64,000 nt of DNA from Ktedonobacterales bacterium (GCA_036391685.1 DASVZK010000033.1:22701-86700), one strand, 5' to 3'. Shown: positions 1 through 9,558, numbered from the stretch's first letter. Program-made: numbers and translations. The notes: generated by a model not told the origin, from the letters alone.

Positions 1-108
1 CTGGTCAGCGCCTTCGCCGGGCGCGAGCGCATCCTGGCGGCCTATGCCGAGGCGATCGCGCGCGAATACCGCTTCTACAGCTTCGGCGACGCCATGCTGC
101 TCATCTGA
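1..108 (+). CDS. C-terminal fragment of an unidentified protein (gene starts left of the window)
   Basis: Frame +1 is open from base 1 to TGA at 106-108 (...[22 protein letters not shown]) with G/C-rich third codon positions. It is too short to assign a family. Confidence 0.35.
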   Translation: MVSAFAGRERILAAYAEAIAREYRFYSFGDAMLLI

Positions 109-218
109 GGGTCCGGCTCCAGCCAACCCGCGCGTCCGCCAGCGCGTAGACCTGAGAGAGGGAAGGCGCGCGATCGCTATATGGATTGGCTGGCCGCGCG
201 TAGAGAAGTGGACGCTGG

Positions 219-968
219 ATGAGCCTGATTCTGAACCTGATCGCCACCTTTGGATATGTCGTCGTGCTGCTGGCGATTCTGGCGGAGAGCGCGGGCGCGC
301 CTGTGCCGGGCGAGACGACGCTGCTCGTAGCGGGCGCGCTGGCGGGCGCGGGGCAGCTGTGGCTGCCGGGCGTCATGCTGGCCGCGGCTGCGGGGGCGGT
401 CCTCGGCGACACGGCCGGCTACTGGATTGGCCGCCGCTACGGGCTGCCGCTGCTGCGTCGCCACGGCCGCCTCTTCCGCTTCAACGAGGTCAGACTGGAG
501 CAGGCGCAGCAGTTCTTCGCTCGGCACGGCGACAAGACGGTCTTTTTGGGACGCTTTGTGCCGGTTGGCCGCATCTTCAGCGCCCTACTGGCCGGGGTTA
601 GCCACATGGAATACCGCCGCTTCCTGCTTTGGAACGCCACTGGCGGGATCGTCTGGGCCGTGGTCATGGGCGGCCTGGGTTACCTCTTCGGCCAGCAGTT
701 GCCGCTCATCGAGCGTCTCGTGCACACGTTTGGGTACGGGCTGCTCGGCGCGCTGGCGCTGGCCGCGCTGGTGTGGCTGGCGGTCAGGCGGCGTGCGGCC
801 TGGGCGCCCCAGGTCGCCCGGATCTGGCAGGCGCTGGCCCAGCGTGTGGCCGCGCTTCGTGTCCGGCTGACGCCCGCTGGCTGGTCGCCACGCCTGGTCG
901 CCGCGCTGGGTGGCCTCGGCGCGCTCCTGGCCATTGGCGGCGGCGCGCTGGCCCTGCTGCTGAACTAG
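219..968 (+). CDS. DedA/SNARE-associated family membrane protein
   Basis: 249-aa ORF with several hydrophobic segments. Motifs ESAGAPVPGETTLLVAG, GDTAGYWIGRRYG and FLGRFVPVGR are typical of the DedA family. Confidence 0.85.
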   Translation: MSLILNLIATFGYVVVLLAILAESAGAPVPGETTLLVAGALAGAGQLWLPGVMLAAAAGAVLGDTAGYWIGRRYGLPLLRRHGRLFRFNEVRLEQAQQFFARHGDKTVFLGRFVPVGRIFSALLAGVSHMEYRRFLLWNATGGIVWAVVMGGLGYLFGQQLPLIERLVHTFGYGLLGALALAALVWLAVRRRAAWAPQVARIWQALAQRVAALRVRLTPAGWSPRLVAALGGLGALLAIGGGALALLLN

Positions 969-977
969 GCGCGCCGC

Positions 978-1664
978 TCAGCGCGCCAGCAACTTCTGGA
1001 TCTCGGCGCTCACGGGATGCTTCGCCTGGGGATTCAGCCAGAGGACGGGGCGGCCCGGCGCTGACGCATTCCACCCCGGGCGCGCCAGCACGCCGCTCAG
1101 GCGCTGGAGCGCGCGCAGGAAGTCACGCGCGTCGCGGTAGCCGCGCTCGCTGAAGTAGTCATCCTGTTTGGCATCCGCACGCTGGACGAGACGCTTGACG
1201 GTCGCGGCGGCGTCCAGGCTGGCTGTGGCAGGGCTGGCGTCCACGCCGAGCAGGAGGACGTTGACGGCGCCTGGCGGCGCCTGGCGCAACTTCTCGCAGA
1301 TGACCTCGCTGGCCTTGCCCGGAGCGACCGGCGCGCGCAGCCGCCGCACCTCGATGTTGAAGACCATATGCCCTTTGTAGATTACGGTGAAATCAGGGCC
1401 GCGCGATTTGTTCGCCAGGTAGCGCTCATAGATGAGTGTGACGCGGCGGTCGCCGAGCAGGCGGTAGGCTGCGTCAATCTCGAGCCGCAGGTCGCCCAGA
1501 CTCTCGCCGCCGCCCGCCTGACGCGCTTTCTTGCGGATCTTGCCAGCGTTCTCTTCCAGGAACGCGCGAAATAGGCGCGATGAGGCGATCCACGCCGCGC
1601 ACGCCTCGCGCAGCGGGCTCTCTTCGCCGCCAAAGATGGTCGCCAGCAACTCGTTATCTGTCAT
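978..1664 (-). CDS. hypothetical protein
   Basis: 228-aa ORF with balanced, non-low-complexity composition that fills the gap between neighbouring genes. No family recognised by eye. Confidence 0.55.
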   Translation of the reverse strand: MTDNELLATIFGGEESPLREACAAWIASSRLFRAFLEENAGKIRKKARQAGGGESLGDLRLEIDAAYRLLGDRRVTLIYERYLANKSRGPDFTVIYKGHMVFNIEVRRLRAPVAPGKASEVICEKLRQAPPGAVNVLLLGVDASPATASLDAAATVKRLVQRADAKQDDYFSERGYRDARDFLRALQRLSGVLARPGWNASAPGRPVLWLNPQAKHPVSAEIQKLLAR

Positions 1665-1719
1665 CTCGCTGATCTCCGCGCTGGACCCATGCGGCCCGCG
1701 CAGGACGCCGCACCGCGCG

Positions 1720-2526
1720 TCATGACGCGGGCGCTTTGGCGCGCAGCCACGCCTCCACGCTCGATGCGACCTCTTCCCAGCCCGGCTGCGCGATCAGCCA
1801 GTGAGTGCGGCCGGGAAACTCGCGGAAGTCGGGAGCGTTCGCCTGGTCGCGTGGATATTTGCGCCATGTTGCCCTGACCATCGTCGCCGGGACGATGTGG
1901 TCCGCCGCCCCGGCGACGATCAGTAGCGGGGCGCGCCGGGGATTGGCGAAGTCGATGCGCGCCGGGCTGTGCGCGCTCAGCGCCGAGAGCGCATTCTGGA
2001 AGAAGACGCGCCCTGACTCCGGTACGACATAGTCGCGAAAGGCGCGCGCCTGCGCGTCCGGCGGCAGGGTATGGACGAAGGCGTAGGCGAACTCCGGCTG
2101 CGTCCAGTGGAAGACCTTCGACCAGCCGCCGGGCGTGATGATGACGCGCAGCAGCGAGCGGGTAGTGGTGGGGTAGAGGGCAGCGATGATTCCGCGTGGT
2201 GGCGCCGGATCGAGCGCGACGCCCGCGGCTCCCAGCCCGCGATCGAGCAGGACTTGCGCGACGAGGCCGCCGAAGGAGTGGCCGATGATGAGCGGCGGCA
2301 TTGGCAGCGCGCGGATGATTCCCTCGAAGTGGTCCGCGATCTCTCCAAGCCCCAGGCGACCCAGGCGCGGGTCTGGAAGTGTATTGAGCTCCTCGACCGA
2401 GCGGTCATGATATGGCCAGGCGGGCGCGAGGCAGTTGTACCCGCGCGCCGTAAAATAGCTCAGGAACGGGTCCCAACACTTGGGTGTCATCCAGGCGCCG
2501 TGAATAAAAACAACCGGGCGGCTCAT
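1720..2526 (-). CDS. alpha/beta-fold hydrolase
   Basis: 268 aa. N-terminal VVFIHGAW and the nucleophile elbow GHSFGG are typical of alpha/beta hydrolases. Confidence 0.8.
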   Translation of the reverse strand: MSRPVVFIHGAWMTPKCWDPFLSYFTARGYNCLAPAWPYHDRSVEELNTLPDPRLGRLGLGEIADHFEGIIRALPMPPLIIGHSFGGLVAQVLLDRGLGAAGVALDPAPPRGIIAALYPTTTRSLLRVIITPGGWSKVFHWTQPEFAYAFVHTLPPDAQARAFRDYVVPESGRVFFQNALSALSAHSPARIDFANPRRAPLLIVAGAADHIVPATMVRATWRKYPRDQANAPDFREFPGRTHWLIAQPGWEEVASSVEAWLRAKAPAS

Positions 2527-2854
2527 TGTCCCTCCCTCTGGGCGGCGCGGATGCGTCGCCCAGCGATGTTTGTAGCATATTCTCCCATCGATTACACGCT
2601 ACGCGGCCGCGGTCGGCAGGGAAGTTGATGGTGATGGCGCTACCTACCGGCGCTCGCGCGCTGGACAAGCGGGCCGCGCGCGGCTATCATGGAAACAGAC
2701 GATGGAAAGACTACGGTCCCGCCAGGAAGCCCACTGAGTTCCCCTCTCGTGTAGCGCAATCCCCCAGTGATAGCGGCGTTCTTCGCATTGAGTGGCTTCG
2801 CGCGCTGGCCGGCGCTGTCGCCGCGCCAGGTGAGCGATAGAGAGGACCATCGTT

Positions 2855-4255
2855 ATGAGGCATCCCTTGCGCTGGCTCCTGGTCGCGGCGCTGATCGCCG
2901 CGCTGGGCAGTCTCACGCTGAGCGCGCGTGTCGCGCACGCGGCTGGAAGCTGCCCCGGCGTAGAGAGCAATGGTGTTTGCACGGTGACGGGAACGAGTCT
3001 GGGCGCGGCGTATTTGCTTGAAGTCCCTGACTCCTGGAATGGCGCGCTGGCGCTCTATAGCCATGGGTATGTCGCGCCAGGATCACCCAACCCCGCGCGC
3101 GATGCGGGTGACCCGGCGACCCGTGGGTGGCTGCTGGGCCACGGCTACGCGCTGGCGGGCTCGTCGTACAGCACGACCGGCTGGGCGCTGCAGCAGGCGT
3201 TCGCGGACCAGATGGACGTGCTCAGCATCTTCACGTCGGACTTCAGCAAGCCCACGCGCACGATCGCCTGGGGGCACTCGCTCGGTGGCATTATCACCGC
3301 CGGTCTGGTGCAACTCAACCCCGGAACATTCGACGCCGCGCTGCCGATGTGCGGCGTGGTGGCGGGCGGCATTGGCACCTGGAACGCCGCGCTGGATAGC
3401 CAGTTCGCCTTCAATCTGCTGGTGGCGGGCGGCGCGCTCAGCGTTGTCAATATCACCAACCCCGGCCTAAACCTGCACAATGCCGAAGTGGCGCTCGCCG
3501 CCGCGCAGGCCACCCCACAGGGCCGCGCGCGCATCGCGTTGGCGGGCGCGCTCGACGATCTGCCCGGCTGGTTTGACTCCGCCTCGCCAGAGCCCGCTCC
3601 CACCGACTACGCCACCCAGGAAGCCAACCAATACCTGTGGGACGCCAACGTGGACTTCCCCTTCGTCTGGGCGCTGCGCGCCGAACTGGAGGCCCGCGCC
3701 GGTGGCAATCCGTCCTGGAACGTGGGCGTGAATTATAACGTCCAGTTCTCACATTCCGTGGACCAGGCGGAGGTCGAGGCGCTCTACGCGCAGGCTGGCC
3801 TCAACCTCAGCGCCGACCTGGCGACGTTGAACGCCGCGCCGCGCATCGCGCCCGACACAGGCGCCGTGCAGTACCTGAACACCTACCTCTCGTTCAACGG
3901 CCAGATCTCCATCCCGATCTTGACCATGCACACCGCCGGCGATGGTCTGGTGCTGAACGAGCAGGAGAGCTCCTACGCCGCCGTTGTGCGCTCGCAGGGC
4001 AATAACAGCCTGCTGCGCCAGGTCTTCGTGCACCGCGCCGGCCACTGCGCCTTCACTCCCGCTGAGACGATCACCGCCTTCCAGACGCTGATCAACCGGC
4101 TGGACACTGGGGTGTGGGACGGTTCGACGAACCCGGATACGATGAACGCCGCCGCCGCCGCGCTCGGCGCCTACAATGTCGCCCCGCCGTCGTTCATGGA
4201 CTACCATCCCGCGCAGTTCCTGCGCCCCTTCACTGCCTACAGCAGCGCGCCATAG
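2855..4255 (+). CDS. secreted alpha/beta-hydrolase-like protein
   Basis: 466 aa. N-terminal signal peptide (LLVAALIAALGSLTLSARVAHA) and a GHSLGG nucleophile-elbow motif. GAGAGG lies upstream of the ATG. Confidence 0.7.
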   Translation: MRHPLRWLLVAALIAALGSLTLSARVAHAAGSCPGVESNGVCTVTGTSLGAAYLLEVPDSWNGALALYSHGYVAPGSPNPARDAGDPATRGWLLGHGYALAGSSYSTTGWALQQAFADQMDVLSIFTSDFSKPTRTIAWGHSLGGIITAGLVQLNPGTFDAALPMCGVVAGGIGTWNAALDSQFAFNLLVAGGALSVVNITNPGLNLHNAEVALAAAQATPQGRARIALAGALDDLPGWFDSASPEPAPTDYATQEANQYLWDANVDFPFVWALRAELEARAGGNPSWNVGVNYNVQFSHSVDQAEVEALYAQAGLNLSADLATLNAAPRIAPDTGAVQYLNTYLSFNGQISIPILTMHTAGDGLVLNEQESSYAAVVRSQGNNSLLRQVFVHRAGHCAFTPAETITAFQTLINRLDTGVWDGSTNPDTMNAAAAALGAYNVAPPSFMDYHPAQFLRPFTAYSSAP

Positions 4256-4472
4256 CTGGCGCCCGGCTTGCGGCGCTGGGGGACATACGGCCCACGACCG
4301 CATCTCCCCCGGCGCGTTTTCTTGCGACTGTAGTAGACCACAATGAATCCCCGACGCGAGAGGCGGCGCATTAGTCAGGAGATTTGCCAGTTCAGCCTCA
4401 CGTTTGTTAGCATGATGCGCGTGAGTCACGGGCGCGAACAGTGGGGACGCCCGCGCCGGGAAGGATAGCCGC

Positions 4473-5147
4473 ATGCGCCAGAACGGACCCACCCTCCCAG
4501 GGCATGATTGGAATGATCAGGGACCCGAAGCGGGTTCGCCGTTGGAACCATATTCATCCGGCCCGGCGCCGATCTGGCCGGATGCGCGAGCGCGCCGCGC
4601 GTTCTTCACCGAGTCCACCCAGGAGCCTCGAGGCTATGTCAGCGCCACGCTGTTCGCCGTGAGCGTGGGCGCGAATGTGGCGCTGCTAATCGGCCTGATC
4701 GGCCTGATTCTGCTGAGCTACTCGGGTGTGTTTCCGCCGGGCGGCGCGAGCCGGCTCGCGCCGGGCACGGCCCTGTCCCCGACTGGCAGCCCTACGCTCA
4801 CTGTGACACCGGCCCCCAGCCCGACCGCTGGCTCTTCTGGCTGGCTGCAGGTGTCGCCGGCGAGCGTGCGGCTGGGCTGCAACGGCTCCAAGCAGACGCA
4901 ATATGTCGTTCTGCGGAATACCGGGCCGAACCAGGTGTCATGGCAGGCCCAGTTGTCGGGCTCCGGCGATCAGGCCGGCGTGTCGGTCGACCCGCACGAT
5001 GGTACGCTCGACTCTGGCCAGAGCGTATCGATCCAGGTGCAAAACACGACACAGTCCAGCGCGCAGCAGGGCGTCATCCAGTTCGCCGCCTCGTCCGAGG
5101 ACGCCGGCGCGCCCGCCAGTGTCACGTATAACGCCGCGGGCTGTTAG
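4473..5147 (+). CDS. membrane-anchored protein with C-terminal Ig-like domain (paralog family, see 27214 and 29664)
   Basis: 224 aa with one TM segment (VGANVALLIGLIGLILL) and a Thr/Pro/Ser linker. The C-terminal ~110 aa (LQVSPASVRLGC...VVLRNTGPNQVSWQAQ...AAGC*) resembles the C-termini of the 27214 and 29664 proteins. Start codon uncertain. Confidence 0.6.
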   Translation: MRQNGPTLPGHDWNDQGPEAGSPLEPYSSGPAPIWPDARARRAFFTESTQEPRGYVSATLFAVSVGANVALLIGLIGLILLSYSGVFPPGGASRLAPGTALSPTGSPTLTVTPAPSPTAGSSGWLQVSPASVRLGCNGSKQTQYVVLRNTGPNQVSWQAQLSGSGDQAGVSVDPHDGTLDSGQSVSIQVQNTTQSSAQQGVIQFAASSEDAGAPASVTYNAAGC

Positions 5148-5186
5148 CGCGCGCGCCACCAGTCGTCGCTGGTTATTCATCACGCC

Positions 5187-5252
5187 CCGCGCGCGACGAC
5201 GATGTCATGCTTCGCCGCCCACTGGGCGAGGTCCTGGCGCTGGATGGCGGCG
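5187..5252 (-). pseudogene. displaced remnant of the VWA gene 3' end (direct-repeat copy)
   Basis: 66 nt matches 6039-6104 at 64 of 66 positions by hand alignment (offset 852 bp). Read on the minus strand it encodes AAIQRQDLAQWAAKHDIVVARGA*, versus AAIQRQDLTQWATKHDIVVARGEEAG* at the end of the intact VWA gene. Confidence 0.8.
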
Positions 5253-5287
5253 CGGCGCTGCATGTGTAGCGCAAGAATTTGAACTGG

Positions 5288-5722
5288 TTACGGCGCCGTC
5301 ATCCAGCCTGCGAAGGGATAGCGATGTTGCTGGAGTAGGTTCGCGCGTATGGTGATGCGCTGTGGCTCGTTGAAACGAAGCAGTATCTCGGTAGCGCGTC
5401 CAATCGGCGTGAGTGGATCGATGCGCGCGCCATCCCATCGAAAGTGGTCTTGCCACCGATCTGCGCGTGGATGATAGAGGCGCGTGACGGCGCCACTTAT
5501 GTGGTCAACTGAGGCGATATCTGAACCTTTGCTGTGATTGCAGGCGTAACAGGCGTAGGCGAGGTTATCGAGTTGCGTCTGACCACCATGTTTGGTGGCG
5601 ATGATGTGATCGGGCTGATGCGACACAAGCGCTACGTCATCGGGTAAACCGCAATACTCGCAACACTGACGCGCGCGAGCCACGACTTGTTTGCGTAGCG
5701 CGGGACTTACGCGCTCACTCAT
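5288..5722 (-). CDS. HNH endonuclease
   Basis: 144 aa. Contains CEYCG...DHIIATKHGG...NLAYACYACNHSKG, the HNH Cys/His motif set. The stop of the upstream small ORF overlaps its start by 4 nt. Confidence 0.85.
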   Translation of the reverse strand: MSERVSPALRKQVVARARQCCEYCGLPDDVALVSHQPDHIIATKHGGQTQLDNLAYACYACNHSKGSDIASVDHISGAVTRLYHPRADRWQDHFRWDGARIDPLTPIGRATEILLRFNEPQRITIRANLLQQHRYPFAGWMTAP

Positions 5723-5964
5723 GTGACCGAGCGCGGGACTTGCGCGCGAATCAGGGCGACGAGATCGTTGAGGATGAGAAGTTCGTCGAGTTGCCGCTTG
5801 TCCTCTATGCTCAAGGTTCCGTCATCTTCTTTGTCGAGCAGGCGCTCGATCAGTTTCTGTGCGCCTTTGGAGAGATGAAAGCGCGCGATGTCCTCGGGGG
5901 AAGGGCCTCGTGCGAAAAACGTCGCCACTTCCTCTACTGGACTCACTGTGGATGCATGACTCAT
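5719..5964 (-). CDS. small hypothetical protein coupled to the HNH gene
   Basis: The ORF runs up to 6012. The ATG at 5964 follows GGAGG. It is translationally coupled to the HNH gene by a 4-nt overlap. No family recognised. Confidence 0.5.
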   Translation of the reverse strand: MSHASTVSPVEEVATFFARGPSPEDIARFHLSKGAQKLIERLLDKEDDGTLSIEDKRQLDELLILNDLVALIRAQVPRSVT

Positions 5965-6023
5965 GGTCTGTTTGGCGCCTCCATCGTCATATGAGCGTCC
6001 TACCAGCATCATAGCACAGCCGT

Positions 6024-7235
6024 TCAGCCTGCTTCCTCGCCGCGCGCGACGACGATGTCATGCTTCGTCGCCCACTGGGTGAGGTCCTGGCGCTGGATGG
6101 CGGCGGCCATCAGGTCGGGGAAGAGGTCGGGCGTACAGGCGAAAGAGGGGACACCAAGGGCGGCCAGCGCGGCCGCGTGCTCGCCATGGTAGCCTGGCGC
6201 GCCGTGGTCGCTGAGCGCCAGTAGGCAGACCATCTGCGCGCCGCTGGCGACGATTTCCGCCGCGCGGCGCAACATGCCCTTGGCGTCGCCGCCCTCATAG
6301 AGGTCGGTGATCAGCACGACGATGGTTTGTGGCGGGCGCGTGATGAGCTGCTGGCAATAGGTTAGCGCGCGGTTGATGTCGGTACCGCCGCCAAGCTGCG
6401 TGCCGAAGAGCAGGTCAACAGGGTCCTGCAGGTCTTCGGTCAGGTCTACAATGGTGGTATCGAAGACCACCATGCGCGTGGAGACGGCGCGCAGGCTGGC
6501 CAGCACGGCGCCGAAAACGCCGCTATAGACCACCGAGGTGGCCATCGAGCCGCTCTGGTCCACGCAAAGGATAATTTCGCGCAGTGAGGAGCGCTTGCGC
6601 CCGTGGCCGACCAGCTTCTCGGCGATGATCGTCTTCAGGCTGGGCTGGTAGTTCTTGAGATTGACGCGGATGGTGCGGTCCCAGTCCAGCTCGCTGGGGC
6701 GCGGGCGGTTGGTGCGCGTGGCGCGACTGAGGCTGCCGCGCACCGCCTGGACCATCGCGCTCGCCAGTTTGCGCTCCAGCTCCTCGACCACCCGCCGCAC
6801 GACCTGCCGCGCGGTGTCTTTGGTCTTCTCAGGCAGGACACGGCTGAGCGAGAGCAGCGTGGCGACCAAATGGACGTCGGGCTCGACCTCAGCCAGCATC
6901 TCCGGCTCCAGCAGCATCTGGGTCAGGTTCAGGCGATCGAGGGCGTCGCGCTGCATGACGCGCACGGTGGAGCTGGGGAAGTAGGAGCGGATGTCGCCCA
7001 GCCAGCGCGCGACGTTAGGCGAGGAGCCGCCTAGCCCGGCGGAGCGCCCGCTATCATACAGCGCCGCCAGCGCGCGATCCATACCCAGATCGAAGTCGCT
7101 CAAGTCTCCCGCGCCCCGCCCTTTGCGGGATTGTCCCGCGGCCTGGGCGTCCGATTCAGCGCCTAGGACTAGCCGCCAGCGGCGCAGCCGCTCGGCTTCG
7201 GCCGGGGATAGGGGAGATGTAACGCGCTCGCTCAT
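6024..7235 (-). CDS. VWA (von Willebrand factor A) domain protein, CoxE-like
   Basis: 403 aa. MIDAS motif DQSGSM (DxSxS) in ILCVDQSGSMATS, followed by GGGTDI. Its start overlaps the stop of the upstream gene by 4 nt. Confidence 0.85.
   Translation of the reverse strand: MSERVTSPLSPAEAERLRRWRLVLGAESDAQAAGQSRKGRGAGDLSDFDLGMDRALAALYDSGRSAGLGGSSPNVARWLGDIRSYFPSSTVRVMQRDALDRLNLTQMLLEPEMLAEVEPDVHLVATLLSLSRVLPEKTKDTARQVVRRVVEELERKLASAMVQAVRGSLSRATRTNRPRPSELDWDRTIRVNLKNYQPSLKTIIAEKLVGHGRKRSSLREIILCVDQSGSMATSVVYSGVFGAVLASLRAVSTRMVVFDTTIVDLTEDLQDPVDLLFGTQLGGGTDINRALTYCQQLITRPPQTIVVLITDLYEGGDAKGMLRRAAEIVASGAQMVCLLALSDHGAPGYHGEHAAALAALGVPSFACTPDLFPDLMAAAIQRQDLTQWATKHDIVVARGEEAG
6039..6104 (-). repeat. 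in-gene copy of the 66-bp direct repeat bounding the HNH cassette
   Basis: Partner of 5187-5252, with two mismatches (6067/5215 and 6079/5227). Confidence 0.85.
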
Positions 7236-9556
7236 GCGGGGCCTCCTCCAAGAAGCTGCGCCAGGACGGGCAGAACCAGCGCCGCCCGCGCCTCATCCAC
7301 CGCGACCGCGACGTCCGCCGCGCCGGGCCGCCTCGCGCCGCCAGAGCGCAACTCACGGACCATGTCGCCCATCGCGCGGCGCTCGGGCGGCTGGAAGCCG
7401 GAGAAAGTCCGGCGCAGCAGCGGCAGCAGGGCGATGAACGTCTCGGGCGATTGCTCGACCAGCCAGTCGTCCAGCGCCAGCCAGAGGCCGTCCTGCAGCA
7501 GCAGCGTCAGCGCCGGGCCGCGCACGACGCCATCGACCCACGCCGCGGCCTCCGGCGCGGGGACAGCGGGCGAGAGCGCCAGCCCGGCCAGCCGCCGTAG
7601 CCCCTCGCCATCCAGCGTGCGCAGCTCCAAAAGCAGCCGCGCACAGCGCCCGCGCACGAGGGGGTGAACGCCGTCGCGAGTCGTCAGCGCGCGTAGCGTG
7701 GTCACCCACTCCGCGCGCTGCCCGGCGTCATCCAGCAGCGCCACACTGTCGTGCGCGGCGCCAATGGATTCCACCATCGTGGTGGCGGCGTCATCGTCAA
7801 GCGCGAGGCAGGCGTTGGGCAGCGCGATCAGCGCGCGCTCAAAGAGCGCGTCGTAGACCGGGCGCACCTCGCCGGCCCGCGCGCCGCGCACGTTGCTGTA
7901 ACGCGCAATGCGCGCCAGCGGCGGTAGCGCGTTGAGCAGGTGGTGGGCGTCTGTCGCGGCGGCGGCTTGCGCGTGGACGCGCTCCAGGACCCCCGCGACA
8001 CCGTCAGGCAGCCCAGCGAGCATCACGGCGTCTAGCAGCTCGGACAACTCGGGCAAGTCGCTGGCCTCGTCAGCGCGGGCCGTGGCGCGGGCGGTGGCGG
8101 CGCGCTCGATGGTGTTGCCCCAGATGCTGGCCTCGATCAGCGCGACGGCGAACTCTACCTGCCACTGGACCTGCCACAGTTCATGGAACGTCCCGGCTGC
8201 CAGCCGGTAGCCGCGCTGCGGCTTGCCCCACGGTACGCCGAGCAGCGCCAGGCGCCGCAGCAGGTGGCTGCGAGCCAGCGCGCTCTCTTCGCGCAAGTCG
8301 AGGTCGAGGGTCTTGAATGCGGTGGATGGTGGGAAGCGCAGGCGTTTCTGTTGCGCCGCCAGGTCGCGGGCCAGCGGGACAGTCGGCGTGTCCTCAGGGA
8401 CCGCGCCCATGCGTTCGCCGATCTCCAGCTTGTCGCGGATGAGCGTCATGCGCGCGGCCTCGCCGTGGCAGAGGACGGTCTGTGTCGCCTCATGCAGCTC
8501 GGTCAGGCCGGGCATTGGCAGGTCGCGCAGGGCGGCCAGCGCGCCAACCAGCCGCACGGCCTCGATGACGCTGGCGGAGGAGATATCCAGGCCCTCGGCG
8601 CGCAACGTCTGCGCCGCGCGCGTCAGCCAGCGGGCGGGGGCGCCATCCGGCGCGTCCCAGAGGTACTCATACCAGCCGGGCGAGGTGATGCCCGCGCCGT
8701 AGCCGCCCCGATAGGCCAGCCGTGAGTTCGTCCAGGGAACCCACGTCGCGGCGACTTTCATCTGCTTGAGGCCTTTGAGCAGCGCCGCGTCGGCGGCCTG
8801 CGCGCCCTTCGCGTCGAGGTCGCGCAGGGCGGGCGAATGCCAGGCGCCGGTGACGACGGCGATGCGCTGGTAGCCCTCGCGCGCGGCGGCGCGGATGCTT
8901 TGCCGCATGTGCGCCTCGCGCCGCGCCTCGCGCTCGTCGCGTGGTGACGCTCCGTCGCGCAGCGCGGTCATCGCTTCCAGGATGGACTCGAAAAAGCCGG
9001 AAATGTCGTGGCGCTGCTCGATCTGGCGCTCCCACCAGAGCTCATGGTCGTCGTAGCCCGCGGCCTGCGCCAGCAGCGCCAGCGGGTCGTCCCGCGGGTC
9101 AGGCGTCTGCGGCGTGGCCTGTCCAGGGTTTGGCGCCTGGACGGGAGCCACCGCGCCGGCCGCTTGCGCTGGCTCATCGTCGGGCTCAGCATCCGCCGGC
9201 GCTTCCACCGCGCCGTTGGACTCTGACTCTTCTGGCCCCTGGGCAAACTGCATGGCCTGGGGCAGGTCTATGAAGCGGGCGGGAACGCTGTGGGCGTGGG
9301 CGTAGGTCAGCGCTTGCCATTCCGGGGAGAAGCGCGCCAGTGGGAAGTAGACAGCGCACGCGGGCGCCTCGGGCGCGTAGACCAGCAACGCGACCGGCGG
9401 CGTCATCTCGGCGCGGGCGAGAAGCGGCAGGACTTCGGCGGCGTCGGGTGGGCCTTCGACCAGGACGATATCCGGGTCGAGTTGCGCCAGCGCCAGGGCC
9501 AGCGCCCGCGCGCAGCCGGGGCCATGGTGGCGGACGCCGAAGAACGTGACGGTCAT
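7232..9556 (-). CDS. large uncharacterised protein (DUF5682-like; name recalled from annotations of syntenic clusters, not verified)
   Basis: 774 aa with normal composition. The start lies 2 nt after the AAA+ gene stop, and the stop overlaps the VWA start. Confidence 0.7.
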   Translation of the reverse strand: MTVTFFGVRHHGPGCARALALALAQLDPDIVLVEGPPDAAEVLPLLARAEMTPPVALLVYAPEAPACAVYFPLARFSPEWQALTYAHAHSVPARFIDLPQAMQFAQGPEESESNGAVEAPADAEPDDEPAQAAGAVAPVQAPNPGQATPQTPDPRDDPLALLAQAAGYDDHELWWERQIEQRHDISGFFESILEAMTALRDGASPRDEREARREAHMRQSIRAAAREGYQRIAVVTGAWHSPALRDLDAKGAQAADAALLKGLKQMKVAATWVPWTNSRLAYRGGYGAGITSPGWYEYLWDAPDGAPARWLTRAAQTLRAEGLDISSASVIEAVRLVGALAALRDLPMPGLTELHEATQTVLCHGEAARMTLIRDKLEIGERMGAVPEDTPTVPLARDLAAQQKRLRFPPSTAFKTLDLDLREESALARSHLLRRLALLGVPWGKPQRGYRLAAGTFHELWQVQWQVEFAVALIEASIWGNTIERAATARATARADEASDLPELSELLDAVMLAGLPDGVAGVLERVHAQAAAATDAHHLLNALPPLARIARYSNVRGARAGEVRPVYDALFERALIALPNACLALDDDAATTMVESIGAAHDSVALLDDAGQRAEWVTTLRALTTRDGVHPLVRGRCARLLLELRTLDGEGLRRLAGLALSPAVPAPEAAAWVDGVVRGPALTLLLQDGLWLALDDWLVEQSPETFIALLPLLRRTFSGFQPPERRAMGDMVRELRSGGARRPGAADVAVAVDEARAALVLPVLAQLLGGGPA

Positions 9557-9558
9557 GG

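Noticed and set aside
978-1664. Possible PD-(D/E)xK nuclease motif (GPDFTV...FNIEVRR) in the hypothetical protein
   Set aside because: The motif is degenerate and easily matched by chance, with no supporting context. The protein is kept as hypothetical.
4456-4468. 13-nt exact match ccgggaaggatag shared with the last 13 nt of carB (39814-39826)
   Set aside because: The match is short and contains a Shine-Dalgarno-like GGAAGGA, and there is no flanking similarity. I cannot distinguish a cassette-junction relic from a coincidental RBS-like sequence without genome-wide counts.
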